DNA from: an uncultured Pseudobdellovibrionaceae bacterium
GTDB taxonomy: Bacteria; Bdellovibrionota; FAC87; UBA2466
DNA: 32,000 nucleotides
Direction of reading: 5' to 3'
NCBI GenBank assembly: GCA_964396165.1
Contig: CAYNEF010000009.1
Coordinates: 52,354 to 84,353 of the forward strand
The position numbers were made by a program, and so were the translations under genes. Within the stretch, counting starts at the first letter, position 1; every line of letters begins with the position of its first letter. Under the pieces are notes generated by a model. It had not been told where the DNA came from, searched no databases, and saw only the letters and a program-made list of their open reading frames with translations. Shown here piece by piece: positions 16,903 through 26,005 of the stretch.

Positions 16903-17762
16903 TGAATTCCCTTTTCCCAAATCCAAAATAGTTTGGTCAAAACAAAGTCAAAAATAACAATCAGAACACTTGAAGTGACGACCGCTTTGGTCGTCGAATG
17001 GCCTACACCTTGAGTCCCGCCACTTGTTCTTAATCCGTAATAGCAACCTGTTACGGCTATAAAGAAACCAAAGAAAATCGTTTTTACTATTCCCACAAGA
17101 AAATCTGAGGAGCGTAGACTAATAAGCGCCTGGTGAAAGTAATAATCCGGGTGGATGTAGAGTTCCGTACTCGAAATCACCATTCCGCCCACAATGCCTA
17201 AGAGATCTGCCATTGCAGTAAGCAAGGGTGCCATTAGCAACATGGCTAAGATTCGAGGAATCACAATTCTTTTAATTGGATCGGTACCTAGCGCGCGTAT
17301 CGCATCGATCTGTTGAGTGACATTCATCGAGCCTATTTCTGCGGCAATTCCAGAACCCACTCGGCCTGCAAGCATCAAGCAACTTAATACTGGTCCCAAT
17401 TCTCTTAAAATGGAAAGGCCGACTACCTTTGGCACATACAACTTTCCGCCAAATCGCTCTAGGCCGTAGCCAAATTGAATGGACATAACAAACCCGGTAG
17501 AAACTGCTGTGATAAGTACGATAGAGAGTGATTTAAATCCCAGAATAAAACATTGCTCTACGAAAAGTGCGAAGTAAAAAGGGCGCGAAAACAAGCCACG
17601 AATCGCGGCATACACCATGTTCACACTGCCGCCAAAGAATTCCAACTGTTCCAGTACTGCTTCCCAGATGCGGGCAAGAGAAAATGAAATAAATTTTTTA
17701 GTTTGTTCCATACTTAAAGCTTGAATAAAATAAATTAAATTCTTTTTGTTCGTTTGCATCAA
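16899..17762 (-). CDS. mlaE: ABC transporter permease MlaE-like
   Basis: Family-typical segment RELGPVLSCLMLAGRVGSGIAAEIGSMNVTQQIDAIRALG. The true start may be the internal MEQTKKF (17711), which shortens the overlap with the upstream lipoprotein gene. Confidence 0.88.
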   Translation of the reverse strand: MMQTNKKNLIYFIQALSMEQTKKFISFSLARIWEAVLEQLEFFGGSVNMVYAAIRGLFSRPFYFALFVEQCFILGFKSLSIVLITAVSTGFVMSIQFGYGLERFGGKLYVPKVVGLSILRELGPVLSCLMLAGRVGSGIAAEIGSMNVTQQIDAIRALGTDPIKRIVIPRILAMLLMAPLLTAMADLLGIVGGMVISSTELYIHPDYYFHQALISLRSSDFLVGIVKTIFFGFFIAVTGCYYGLRTSGGTQGVGHSTTKAVVTSSVLIVIFDFVLTKLFWIWEKGIQ

Positions 17763-18201
17763 TTGGTTGCTGGCTTACGAGCGTGAAATCAAAGACGCAA
17801 TTGTTTTTGGTTAAAACAAAAATCAAAAGATTAAAGGGATTATTATCGAGTGTGGCCTGAACGTTCGAATATTGACCATTCTGTCCGTCTACACTCACTT
17901 TTTTCTTTTCCTTATATTTGATTTTTCTCGCACCCATCAGCAATTGCTTAGTGAGTACTTCCAAACTGAATTTTGAATCGTTATTACAGCTAGACGTCAA
18001 AGTGATCACGCTGCCTTTTGAATTCTTGTACGCATAATCACTTTCGCCATTTGTGGATTGCTGTTTCCATTCTGTAACAGGGATTACTTGATAGCCTTTA
18101 GCGCGCGGAAGATCTGGCGTACTGCCACCACCCATAAGCGCACACGCACTTATGTAGAATTGAATTACACCCAAACATAAAATGAAAAGTATTTGCCTCA
18201 T
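17698..18201 (-). CDS. hypothetical lipoprotein, first gene of the mla cluster
   Basis: Lipobox YISAC after a hydrophobic leader (MRQILFILCLGVIQF). It is co-oriented with and overlaps mlaE. I recognise no family. Confidence 0.55.
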   Translation of the reverse strand: MRQILFILCLGVIQFYISACALMGGGSTPDLPRAKGYQVIPVTEWKQQSTNGESDYAYKNSKGSVITLTSSCNNDSKFSLEVLTKQLLMGARKIKYKEKKKVSVDGQNGQYSNVQATLDNNPFNLLIFVLTKNNCVFDFTLVSQQPIDANEQKEFNLFYSSFKYGTN

Positions 18202-18390
18202 GACTTACTAAACTTATCGGAATATTTGGGCTTTTCTTTTATTTTCAGTAAAGGATTTAAACAGGTTTTAATGTGGTGCGGTATCGTCGTTACTAGAAGG
18301 CTTGAGTGGGTGACGCACATAGCTAGCACAGCGAGTAAAAGACAAGTATTTGACGCTCTGACAGTTTTCTTGGTGCTTGGTAGGAAAAAA

Positions 18391-18405
18391 TGGCCATACT
18401 TATGC
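18391..18405 (+). promoter_or_regulatory. candidate sigma-54 promoter (TGGCCATACTTATGC) upstream of the TPR/activator pair
   Basis: GG and GC are at the canonical spacing (TGGC-N9-TGC), and the site lies 55 nt before the ATG at 18460. The -12 element is ATGC rather than TTGC. Confidence 0.35.
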
Positions 18406-18459
18406 CGTTTAATGACCTATTTTTCGGCATGAAGATTGCTCTCTCTAGATGACTCATCC

Positions 18460-20820
18460 ATGAAAAATAGATTAATCAGAAAAATTTTCGCACTCGGCGT
18501 TATATCCTACAGCTGTTTTTTAGTTGCTGATCACAAGTTTGTGCAATTACCCGACTTGTTAAAGCCGGCGCCTTACTGTGATGGGAAGATTCGATTTGAT
18601 GTGGCAAAAGATAGTTTTGTGGAAATAGCAAATGAATTGCCAGGAGTCCAAGACTATAACGAGCTCGTAAAGTTCTATCAGAAAAAAGAATGGGCCAAAT
18701 TTAAAACGGCTTTAACTCAATACAAAAAAATATATGAAACTACTCCTCTCTTAGAAGCGGTGCAGTTTTTAGAAGTTCAAGCGATGTTTGAACAGATAGA
18801 TAGAACGGACTATAACGACTCCGCTGAGGCGGAAAAATTATTTAAACAAGTTGTTCTTCTCTATCCGAAGTCAGAACTTGTACCTGTTCTTTATGCTTCA
18901 GTCGCATCTCTTTGGCTTACTGATGGTCTTGTCCAAAAAGCGCTAGGCTACTTTGAGAAATTGAAAAAAGATTATCCCTTTCATCCACTCTATTGCTATT
19001 TTCAATTGGGCAGTGGAGAAGCTAGCTTTTTAATGCACGATTATGAAACGGCAAAAAGAGACTTAACCCAACTCATGCAAAAGTGTACAGAGCGAAAGTA
19101 TGCAGTAGGTGCGCAAACAAGGCTGAATGATATTGAGTTAAGAAAAAAAGGGGATGCGTACTTAAGTGAATACGAAAAACCTTTTTACTCAGATATTAAC
19201 TTGGTAAACAGATTTTACCCGCATGTTCTCTTCAACCTAGGGGAAGTAAAGTTTCACAAAAAAGAATACGAAAGCAGCAAACTGTTTTTTACCGAATTTG
19301 CCAAGTATGGGGGCAAAGATCCTGTCTGTGGACCGATGACATTAAAGCGGTTGGCTGACATTGCTTTACTGCAAAATGAAAATATTTCCATTGTCACAGG
19401 TAAGTACCTATCTGTAAGAGATCAGGCTCCGTTAACGGATATCGGAAGATATAGTTACGTTCATGCCATGCTCCTTGAATTCAGCGATGTGGGAGAAATT
19501 GAGCAAACAAGAAGAATAAAATTAATAGACGAAGAAATCGAAAAGATCTCTGCCTATGACTTGCGCTCTCTGTCTTTCTTGGAAAAAGGACTGGCTTTGC
19601 TTAGCGCCGGCCGATCTGAGGCACTGGATTACCTATTACATTTAGAAGATAGAACGAATTATGATTTAAAGAAGGGTCCATTGGCTGATTTTGTAAGAGA
19701 TGAAGTAGTGGCGTTCTTAGAGAGGGAAGCCAATGATAAAGTCGTCAAAACCAAGAGAATCGACACACTCGCAGATGATTCTATCTTACAGCCATATGAA
19801 AAAGTTTATGAACAATGGCTAAAAGGCACAAAATACGAAGAAAGATCCAAAAACTTTTACGAGAAGATTGTTCTGCAAAGATTTGATAAGTCCCTTCAGA
19901 AAAAAAATGGACTTGCGGCAGTTGCGAAACTTGCCAGATGGAAAAAATCAAACCTTTGGAGTCCTAAAAAGCTTACAAAAAGCACAAAGAAAAAAATCGG
20001 TGATTCCCTGGCCTTATACATGAAGGGATTAAGCGAGGAAGACTTAAGGGAACTCTCAGGAAATCTGAAAAGGTATCGTCCAGAACTGGAAGTCGTGTTA
20101 AATCCAGAATACCACATGCTTCTGGTTGCACTGGATCTTCCAAATGTGAATAAAGAAGAGATTCAGAACCACTACAAAGAGATGCAAAAGAATAGATCTC
20201 TAGCCTCCTTTAATAATGACATAGATAAAAAGGCTGTAAGCTACCTCTATAGAGTCAAAGGGCAAATGTTTATGGCGATGGAAAAGTACCCCAGTGCAGA
20301 AGAAAGCCTTTTAAAGGCGGTAAATGATAAAGAACAAAAAATTACTGTGGAAAAAGAACTCGTGACTCTTTATGAAAAGAGTAAGCAATATAAAAAGCTT
20401 TATAAATACAGCTTGGATGTTTTTGACTCTAAACCAACGGATGAATCCATTCGTTATCTGGAAACTGCAAAGTCTGCGATAAATATTGGAAAACTTTGGG
20501 AAGAGCCGAAAGCAGTTTTGAAACGTGCCGAAAAATTAGGCCTGACGGATAAAGATATCACTCCGTACAAATTGCTTCAGGCTAGAGGCAGTTTTGAAAC
20601 TGGCAAATGTAAAGTCGCAATTGAAATCTACGAAAATTTAATGAAGGAAGAACTACCAGCTGAAGAGATTCCAGGATCAAAGTTCCGTCTAGCTAAATGT
20701 CTCACTTCTACCAAGCAGACACCAAAAGCACTGAAGCTTTTTGAAGAGGTCATCGCTTTAAATGATTCATTCTGGAGTCCTCTTGCGAGCACAGAAAAAA
20801 ACCTATTGGAGATTAAATGA
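18460..20820 (+). CDS. large TPR-like repeat protein with an N-terminal signal/anchor
   Basis: MKNRLIRKIFALGVISYSCFLVA leader, followed by repeated YbgF/TPR-like helical pairs (e.g. AEKLFKQVVLLYPKSELVPVLYASVASLWL...ALGYFEKLKKDYPFHP). The ATG at 18460 is preferred to the TTG at 18436. The stop overlaps the next gene (ATGA). Confidence 0.65.
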   Translation: MKNRLIRKIFALGVISYSCFLVADHKFVQLPDLLKPAPYCDGKIRFDVAKDSFVEIANELPGVQDYNELVKFYQKKEWAKFKTALTQYKKIYETTPLLEAVQFLEVQAMFEQIDRTDYNDSAEAEKLFKQVVLLYPKSELVPVLYASVASLWLTDGLVQKALGYFEKLKKDYPFHPLYCYFQLGSGEASFLMHDYETAKRDLTQLMQKCTERKYAVGAQTRLNDIELRKKGDAYLSEYEKPFYSDINLVNRFYPHVLFNLGEVKFHKKEYESSKLFFTEFAKYGGKDPVCGPMTLKRLADIALLQNENISIVTGKYLSVRDQAPLTDIGRYSYVHAMLLEFSDVGEIEQTRRIKLIDEEIEKISAYDLRSLSFLEKGLALLSAGRSEALDYLLHLEDRTNYDLKKGPLADFVRDEVVAFLEREANDKVVKTKRIDTLADDSILQPYEKVYEQWLKGTKYEERSKNFYEKIVLQRFDKSLQKKNGLAAVAKLARWKKSNLWSPKKLTKSTKKKIGDSLALYMKGLSEEDLRELSGNLKRYRPELEVVLNPEYHMLLVALDLPNVNKEEIQNHYKEMQKNRSLASFNNDIDKKAVSYLYRVKGQMFMAMEKYPSAEESLLKAVNDKEQKITVEKELVTLYEKSKQYKKLYKYSLDVFDSKPTDESIRYLETAKSAINIGKLWEEPKAVLKRAEKLGLTDKDITPYKLLQARGSFETGKCKVAIEIYENLMKEELPAEEIPGSKFRLAKCLTSTKQTPKALKLFEEVIALNDSFWSPLASTEKNLLEIK

Positions 20821-21761
20821 CAAATTTGTATTTTCAAAACAGGCTTTTAGTAGTTGCTGACGAGAGCATGCAAAAGACCCTGAATCTTGCCCTAAAAGCT
20901 GCGCAAAGCGCGCTGCCTGTTTTGATTTCGGGTGAAAGTGGAACGGGGAAAGAACTGATAGCACGTTTCATCCACGAAAAAGGCGCCCGCTCTGGTGGTC
21001 CATTTGTTTCGGTGAACTGTGCGGCCCTGCCTGAAACGCTAATTGAGTCAGAACTTTTTGGATATGAACGAGGCGCTTTCACTGGTGCTATAGGACAACG
21101 AATTGGTAAGTTTGAACGTGCAAATGGTGGAACATTGTTAATGGATGAAGTCAGCGAAATGCCCTATGGACTTCAAGCAAAGCTTTTGCGCGTTTTGCAA
21201 GAAGGCGAGATAGACAGACTAGGCTCGCGCGACACAATAGGAATAGATTGTAGAATTATAGCCACTACAAATCGCGATCCCATTCAGATGATTGTGGAAG
21301 AGAGATTTAGAGAAGATTTGTACTATCGGTTGAATGTGATACGTATTGAATGCGTTCCGTTAAGAAAAAGGCCTATTGCCATTATTAAGCTAGCCCACGA
21401 ATTTATCAAGCAAGCGTGTTTAAGAGACAGAAAAGACGAAGTTTACTTGTCCGAACAGTCCATTAAAAAATTGGTGGAATATGATTGGCCAGGCAATATC
21501 CGGGAGCTTCAGAATGTAATGGAGCGAGCGATTTTACTTACAGATGGCAATTTAATCGAACAGGATAACCTGCAATTCATGGATCAGTTAAGAAGAAGAC
21601 CAGAGGCAGTCGAGTCGTCTCTTCTCTCAGACTTAGAACAGACACATATTTTGAAAGTTCTCGAAATGAGTCAGGGAAACAGATCCAATGCGGCAAAAAC
21701 TTTAGGAATTAGCGTGCGAACTTTACGTAATAAACTAAAAGAATATAGCGCGGCAGGTTAG
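20817..21761 (+). CDS. sigma-54-dependent activator with only AAA+ and HTH domains (PspF-like architecture)
   Basis: 314 aa. The AAA+ core starts about 12 residues from the N-terminus (…VLISGESGTGKE, GAFTGA, MDEVSEM). C-terminal Fis-type HTH (NRSNAAKTLGISVRTLRNKLKEY). No receiver, GAF, PAS or V4R module. Confidence 0.9.
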   Translation: MTNLYFQNRLLVVADESMQKTLNLALKAAQSALPVLISGESGTGKELIARFIHEKGARSGGPFVSVNCAALPETLIESELFGYERGAFTGAIGQRIGKFERANGGTLLMDEVSEMPYGLQAKLLRVLQEGEIDRLGSRDTIGIDCRIIATTNRDPIQMIVEERFREDLYYRLNVIRIECVPLRKRPIAIIKLAHEFIKQACLRDRKDEVYLSEQSIKKLVEYDWPGNIRELQNVMERAILLTDGNLIEQDNLQFMDQLRRRPEAVESSLLSDLEQTHILKVLEMSQGNRSNAAKTLGISVRTLRNKLKEYSAAG

Positions 21762-21774
21762 GAATAATTTTCCC

Positions 21775-21810
21775 CTAACAAGCAAAAGTTTCCCTTTTCC
21801 TGCTTGTTAG
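21775..21810. promoter_or_regulatory. 10-bp perfect inverted repeat CTAACAAGCA-N16-TGCTTGTTAG just upstream of the flgB promoter
   Basis: Read directly from the sequence. It lies 14 nt after the activator stop and 25 nt before the -24 element. It could be an activator binding site or a weak terminator. Confidence 0.35.
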
Positions 21811-21834
21811 TGTGAATTTTAGTCTTGTGAGATC

Positions 21835-21850
21835 TGGCCCGCGGTTTGCA
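21835..21850 (+). promoter_or_regulatory. sigma-54 promoter of the flagellar operon (TGGCCCGCGGTTTGCA)
   Basis: Matches TGGCAC-N5-TTGCW with exact GG/GC spacing. It lies about 40 nt upstream of the flgB ATG and directly downstream of a sigma-54 activator gene. Confidence 0.7.
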
Positions 21851-21888
21851 CTTATATTTACCAAGTCGTCTCTTATATAAATACCCTT

Positions 21889-22266
21889 ATGCCTTTATTT
21901 GATAAAACAATAGATACTTTGTCTCGATCTCTGGATCTGCATTTGATGAGACATTCCGTAATTTCTGACAATATTGCAAATGCGGAAACCCCGGGTTTTA
22001 AAGCTAAGCGCTTGGACTTTGAAACGGCTTTGCAAAATGCGGTCGAAGCCAGTGAGTCTAATCCAGAAAGCCGCAGCATCGCTTCGGTGAATCCAGTAAT
22101 CTACGAAGATTTCCAGGCTGAAACTGGTCAGGATTTAAACGGTGTAGACATGGATAGAGAAATGTCAGCTCTAACTAAAAATGACATCCAGTATTCTGCG
22201 GCTACACAGGCGATTTCAAAAAAGTTTTCTTTATTAAAGTATGCAATCGGTAGTGAGGAAAGGTAG
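21889..22266 (+). CDS. flgB: flagellar basal-body rod protein FlgB
   Basis: N-terminal rod motif HSVISDNIANAETPGFKAKRLDFE, 125 aa, first gene of the cluster. Confidence 0.92.
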   Translation: MPLFDKTIDTLSRSLDLHLMRHSVISDNIANAETPGFKAKRLDFETALQNAVEASESNPESRSIASVNPVIYEDFQAETGQDLNGVDMDREMSALTKNDIQYSAATQAISKKFSLLKYAIGSEER

Positions 22267-22277
22267 GCAATTAATTT

Positions 22278-22721
22278 ATGGCTGATTTCTTTTCTAGTCT
22301 TGATGTAAGTGCCTCAGCACTTAGTGCCGAACGTCAACGAATGAATGTGACCTCAAGTAATTTGGCAAATGCCCAAACTACGAGAACTCCTGAAGGAGGT
22401 CCCTACAGACGTAAAGACGTTATTTTCGAATCTCAGCCACAGAGATCCTTTGCCTCAGTATTGGATGGTGAATTAAACGACGTTCCATCTCACCAGGTAA
22501 AAGTGGTGGATGTTGTAAGTGATACGAATGCGCCGAAGATGGTGTACCAACCGGATCACCCGGATGCAAATGCGGAAGGGATGGTTGCATATCCCAATAT
22601 CAACTCGATGGAAGAAATGGTGAATTTAATCACCGCTTCCAGAACGTACGAGTCGAACGTGACCGCAATTAACGTGACAAAAAATATGATGAATAAAGCT
22701 TTGGAAATAGGGAGGAAATAG
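22278..22721 (+). CDS. flgC: flagellar basal-body rod protein FlgC
   Basis: SALSAERQRMNVTSSNLANAQTTRTPEGGPYRRKDV and a C-terminal rod-family segment (YPNINSMEEMVNLITASRTYESN). Confidence 0.92.
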   Translation: MADFFSSLDVSASALSAERQRMNVTSSNLANAQTTRTPEGGPYRRKDVIFESQPQRSFASVLDGELNDVPSHQVKVVDVVSDTNAPKMVYQPDHPDANAEGMVAYPNINSMEEMVNLITASRTYESNVTAINVTKNMMNKALEIGRK

Positions 22722-22724
22722 TAA

Positions 22725-23027
22725 ATGAAAATTGATTCCATAGATTTACTCCAAAAGATAAATCCCAGTCCTACGATGGACGGTGCGGATAAACAGGTTA
22801 GTGGAGGTGAAAGTTTTTCCTCTTATCTGGGCAGATCCATTAACGACGTAAATGATTTGTTAAAGGCGTCTGATTCTGTCACCAATGATTTGGCAACGGG
22901 AAAAGTAGAAAATTTACATGATGCGATGATCGGTTTTGAAAAAGCCGAAACAGCTTTTAAGCTCCTCGTGCAAGTAAGAAATAAAGCACTAGAGGCTTAC
23001 CACGAAGTCATGCGTATGCAAGTGTGA
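22725..23027 (+). CDS. fliE: flagellar hook-basal body complex protein FliE
   Basis: 100 aa with the FliE C-terminus ...AETAFKLLVQVRNKALEAYHEVMRMQV. Confidence 0.88.
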   Translation: MKIDSIDLLQKINPSPTMDGADKQVSGGESFSSYLGRSINDVNDLLKASDSVTNDLATGKVENLHDAMIGFEKAETAFKLLVQVRNKALEAYHEVMRMQV

Positions 23028-23101
23028 TAACACATAAATAACTTCTGAATAAAATCGGTTAAACAAGAACAACAAATAATTGCGATTAAGAATTTAATAG
23101 C

Positions 23102-23192
23102 AATTAAAAGGTGGGGATTCCAGGCGGAGTAGTTAATGCGACTGGGGTTCGGAGCACTTAACTACTCCGCCTGGAATCTCCGCCTTTTAATT
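23102..23192 (+). repeat. hairpin B: 35-bp inverted repeat (23102-23136 / 23158-23192) around a 21-nt loop, in the fliE-fliF gap
   Basis: 33 Watson-Crick pairs plus 2 positions that are G-U only on the plus strand (23112/23182 and 23115/23179). The loop TGCGACTGGGGTTCGGAGCAC is homologous to the reverse complement of the hairpin A loop. No T-tract follows. Confidence 0.9.
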
Positions 23193-23221
23193 CTCAATAT
23201 TAACTCGAAAGGGTTTTGACT

Positions 23222-24985
23222 ATGAATGACAAGTTAAGCCAGTACTGGCGAGATCTTAAAGATTATCTCGCTAAGTTTTCCTATAGGAAGAAAGTCCTTA
23301 TGGGATCCTTGGCTGGTCTTGTCGTGGTTGCGGGTATCGCACTCGTCGTAGCCTTGCAACACGATCCCCAACAAGTCCTTTATTCGGGTTTACAAAACGA
23401 AGATGCTAAAGCAGTAGCAAAAAAACTAGGCGAATTAAATATTCCCTACACGATTACCGAAGATCACTCCACCATTTCTGTTCCTGCGAGCCAAGTACAC
23501 CGTTCCCGTATGGAATTGGCTAAAGACGGATTGCCAGGTCAGGATGTAGTGGGGTTTGAAAAATTCGATGGCTCTACTCTAGGGATGTCGAGCTATGTGC
23601 AACGCATTCAGTACGTCCGCGCCGTACAAGGGGAATTAACTAGAAGTATTCAGCGTATCAGTGCAGTTAAAACAGCCCGAGTACACATCAGCGTACCACC
23701 TAAGAAAAATTTCATGGAAGAAGAAGATCCGCCAAAGGCTTCTGTGATATTGGAACTGAAACCCGGACAAACATTGGCAAAATCAGAGACAACCGGGATC
23801 GCGCATTTGGTTGCAAGTGCAGTAGAAGGATTAAAAGTAAATCAGATTACGATTGTCGATACCAAAGGAAATTTTTTACACCGTCCTGAAGACGGTTCGT
23901 CTCAAGCGGCATTAACAGGAGCTCTTCTAGAGCAACAACGCGGGCTGGAAAAAGAGTACGAAAGAAGCATTGAAGATATATTGTCTCCGGTTGTAGGTTT
24001 TGGAAAAGTACGCGCTAAAGTAACCGTAGAAATAGATCCCTCCAGAAGCAATACCACGGAAGAAACATTTGAAGGAGACAAAGCTGTTCCCAGAAGCGTT
24101 GTGAAGAACGACGAACAGGTTGTCGGCCAAAGACCCAATCCTATCGGAATTCCTGGTAGCAGGTCTAATTTGCCGGGTACGGAAGTCAATAATCCCGGCA
24201 TACCGATGGCTACTAACAATAGTGAAAAGAATACCAGTACGACTAATTTCGCTATCCCCAGAAAAGTACAAGTCACAGACAAACCGTCCGGCAGTATCAA
24301 GCGTTTAACTGTTGCTGTAGTGGTTGATGGACATTATGCCAAAGCACAAGGCGCAGATAAAGAAACGTTTACTCCACGTAGCGAAGAAGAATTAAAACGA
24401 TTGCAGGACTTAGTAGCAAATGCAGTTGGTTACGATACCCAGAGACGTGACAGTATTACTGTCAGCTCATTGCCCTTCCAGATACCAGAAGTCATACCTG
24501 AAGAAGAAGTTCCAAAAAGTCCGTGGGATCTCAAAGAACTCCAGAAACACGGCGTAAGAAATGGATTTATCGCAATCACTATTCTTCTCTTCTTCTTCCT
24601 TGTCTTGCGTCCATTCTTGAAATGGCTCACGCAGACAGAAATCAGAAAAACAGTTAGCGTTGTACCCGATGCTCTTCCACGCAAAGTAACTGAAGTGGAA
24701 CAATTGGTACAGGCTGAAAAAATAGCGGACAAGATGGAGTCCGAAAGAAAGATAAGCGAGCTCACGAAAGCACATGAGCAAGCACAGAGTGAACTTATGG
24801 CATTAACCAAAGCAAATGAAGAGGCACTGCTTTCTGAAAATCCGGAAAAAGTAGAAGGCGAAAAACTGAAGAATAAGATTATTGAGCTCATCAATAATTC
24901 ACCCAAAAAGGGTTTCCGGGTCATTCAAGATTGGCTGGATCAAGAAGACACCGTGCCACTACCTCAAACAGGAGAGGGTTCGTAA
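23222..24985 (+). CDS. fliF: flagellar MS-ring protein FliF
   Basis: N-terminal TM segment, the family segment YVRAVQGELTRSIQRISAVKTARVHISVP, a second TM segment, and a charged C-terminus. The ATG at 23222 is preferred to the TTG at 23216. Confidence 0.92.
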   Translation: MNDKLSQYWRDLKDYLAKFSYRKKVLMGSLAGLVVVAGIALVVALQHDPQQVLYSGLQNEDAKAVAKKLGELNIPYTITEDHSTISVPASQVHRSRMELAKDGLPGQDVVGFEKFDGSTLGMSSYVQRIQYVRAVQGELTRSIQRISAVKTARVHISVPPKKNFMEEEDPPKASVILELKPGQTLAKSETTGIAHLVASAVEGLKVNQITIVDTKGNFLHRPEDGSSQAALTGALLEQQRGLEKEYERSIEDILSPVVGFGKVRAKVTVEIDPSRSNTTEETFEGDKAVPRSVVKNDEQVVGQRPNPIGIPGSRSNLPGTEVNNPGIPMATNNSEKNTSTTNFAIPRKVQVTDKPSGSIKRLTVAVVVDGHYAKAQGADKETFTPRSEEELKRLQDLVANAVGYDTQRRDSITVSSLPFQIPEVIPEEEVPKSPWDLKELQKHGVRNGFIAITILLFFFLVLRPFLKWLTQTEIRKTVSVVPDALPRKVTEVEQLVQAEKIADKMESERKISELTKAHEQAQSELMALTKANEEALLSENPEKVEGEKLKNKIIELINNSPKKGFRVIQDWLDQEDTVPLPQTGEGS

Positions 24986-26005
24986 ATGGATAATAAAAAA
25001 ATGGTTCTCTCCGGCATGGAGAAAATTGCAATCTTGATGAATGTGATTGGCAAAGACAAGAGCATGGAAATCTTGAAAGAGATGAAGGACATTGAAGTCC
25101 GTCGTTTACTCGGGGTAATGAACAGTATGAAAAAAGCCCCGATGACACTGATCAACAGTGTTCTCAGGGAGTATCTGGACAAGATATCGGAAAAAGACGA
25201 AATAATTTTCGAAGAAAATCTGACCGAACCTGAATTAATCACCAAGGCACTTGGCGAATCCCGTGCGAAACATATTTTCGGTTCTTCTAAAACGATCAAC
25301 TTGATCGAACGCAGAAACTTAACGGTTCTCGACTCTGTAGATCCAAAAACGCTCGCAGAATTCCTGGTAGAAGAACACCCACAAACGATCGCGCTTGTAG
25401 TGGCGCATATGGAAGTGGAAAAACAAATCGCGATGATTAAAAACTTCCCCGACTCGCTTCGTCCAGAAATTGTCTTAAGAATGGCAAGTCTCGATTATGT
25501 CGCGCCTGATAAGGTCGAAGAGCTGGATGAAGTGTTGAAAAGAGAATTGTTGGGTAAAGGTGTAAAAGGCAAGAGCAACATGGGTGGTGTGCCCGTCGTG
25601 GCTGAACTTATCAACATGCTCGATAAAAAGACCATGAACAGTCTGATGACCCGACTGGAAGATAAAGATCCCATTTTGGCTGAAGAAATCAGACAACATA
25701 TCTTCTCATTCACTGACATTATCAAGATTGATAATAGAGGCATCCAGTTAATCTTGAGAGAAGTACCGAACGAGAAGTTGCTGCTGGCACTAAAGAGTGC
25801 TCCCGAAGAACTCTGCGAAAAAATATTCGCAGCGATGTCGGAACGTGCGGCAACCATGTTGAAAGATGACTTAGGAGCAATGGGTGCACAAAAAATCTCG
25901 GATGTGGAAAAAGCACAGAGAGATATTTGCGCTCTTGTACAGCGCTTAGAAACGGAAGGTAAAATTGTCATCGGCATTGGAGCAGAATCAGACATGGTCG
26001 CCTGA
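24986..26005 (+). CDS. fliG: flagellar motor switch protein FliG
   Basis: 339 aa containing EHPQTIALVVAHM and the C-terminal torque-helix region MSERAATMLKDDL...VEKAQRDI. The ATG abuts the fliF stop. Confidence 0.93.
   Translation: MDNKKMVLSGMEKIAILMNVIGKDKSMEILKEMKDIEVRRLLGVMNSMKKAPMTLINSVLREYLDKISEKDEIIFEENLTEPELITKALGESRAKHIFGSSKTINLIERRNLTVLDSVDPKTLAEFLVEEHPQTIALVVAHMEVEKQIAMIKNFPDSLRPEIVLRMASLDYVAPDKVEELDEVLKRELLGKGVKGKSNMGGVPVVAELINMLDKKTMNSLMTRLEDKDPILAEEIRQHIFSFTDIIKIDNRGIQLILREVPNEKLLLALKSAPEELCEKIFAAMSERAATMLKDDLGAMGAQKISDVEKAQRDICALVQRLETEGKIVIGIGAESDMVA

Noticed and set aside
18193-18432. 79-aa ORF in the divergent region between the mla cluster and the TPR gene
   Set aside because: It has no ribosome-binding site, overlaps the start of the lipoprotein gene on the other strand, and has no recognisable features. 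The region is more plausibly divergent promoter DNA.
21775-21810. The inverted repeat after the second activator gene as a plain rho-independent terminator
   Set aside because: It has an AT-rich 10-bp stem, a 16-nt loop and no adjacent T-tract. It is kept as an ambiguous regulatory feature rather than called a terminator.
23141-23157. GGGGTTCGGAGC in the loop of hairpin B, resembling a tRNA T-arm
   Set aside because: There is no complementary T-stem, no acceptor, D or anticodon arms, and it is embedded in a 35-bp hairpin. I found no tRNA-like sequence anywhere in the window.
23902-24924. Several 100-160-aa minus-strand ORFs inside fliF, with similar antisense ORFs inside carB, recG, mlaD, fliG, fliI and fliK
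   Set aside because: All are shadow ORFs opposite genes with clear family signatures, and they have low-complexity or Ser/Phe/Leu-rich composition.
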